A stretch of DNA of 64,000 nt, taken from NCBI GenBank assembly GCA_904063045.1, contig CAJFCJ010000002.1, positions 1,572,422 through 1,636,421 on the forward strand. Direction: 5' to 3'. Within the stretch, counting starts at the first letter, position 1, and every line of letters begins with the position of its first letter. Under the pieces are notes generated by a model, which was given only the letters and a program-made list of their open reading frames with translations, did not search any database and was not told where the DNA came from. This DNA comes from Dimorphilus gyrociliatus. Lineage: Eukaryota > Animalia > Annelida. Below are positions 63,794-64,000 of the stretch, in pieces. The position numbers and the translations under genes were made by a program.

Positions 63794-63878
63794 CGGTACT
63801 GCGAGTGTTCCTTGTCTTGTGGTGCACTTTACCAATTGCTCTAGTTCTTATTTTATTCGATATCGTAGCGACATCGGA
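63794..63878 (-). other. Isolated 85-nt exon on the minus strand (upstream UTR exon of NMNAT or exon of a gene beyond the window)
   Basis: cattttctcttag|...ACCG|gtaagg; open in one frame (SDVATISNKIRTRAIGKVHHKTRNTRST). Not in frame with NMNAT exon 1. Confidence 0.4.
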
Positions 63879-64000
63879 CTAAGAGAAAATGGACAGATTT
63901 AGCTAGATACCAACAATTTTTTTAAAAAATGTTGACTATGATATTGAATAGAAAAAAACGACTAAATTTAGTTGATTTTACTCATTTTATGTGTTCTGAA

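Overview
AT-rich, gene-dense eukaryotic (animal) DNA with mostly 52-90 nt GT-AG introns and many (GA)n/(TA)n microsatellites. The intron sizes and gene content suggest a compact invertebrate genome, possibly a miniature lophotrochozoan; this is inference. All exon models were built by hand from splice-site consensus and reading-frame phase. Gene order: 3' part of an unidentified multi-exon gene (+); MRTF/myocardin with alternative first exons (+); SPC24 (-); a complete LAR-type receptor tyrosine phosphatase with 3 Ig, 9 FN3, TM, D1 and D2 (+); WDR70 (-) head-to-head with a DIPP/NUDT3 Nudix gene (+); a single-exon disordered orphan with a myristoylation-type N-terminus (-); EFCAB1/calaxin (+); an SLC5 sodium symporter (+); OXSM, YAE1 and NDUFAF4 (-); a retrotransposon-derived Gag-pseudoprotease gene (+); MKKS (+); NMNAT (-). 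The most notable observations are: (1) an intact Ty3/gypsy-type capsid plus retropepsin gene with a dead active site, no pol and no room for LTRs, apparently spliced to host-like 5' exons and sharing a 125-bp promoter with NDUFAF4; (2) the YAE1 stop codon overlapping the OXSM start codon (ATGA); (3) in-frame micro-exons in LAR, one exactly at the meB position; (4) alternative MRTF first exons that swap or drop RPEL1. No rRNA, tRNA, CRISPR array or intact transposon was recognised by eye.
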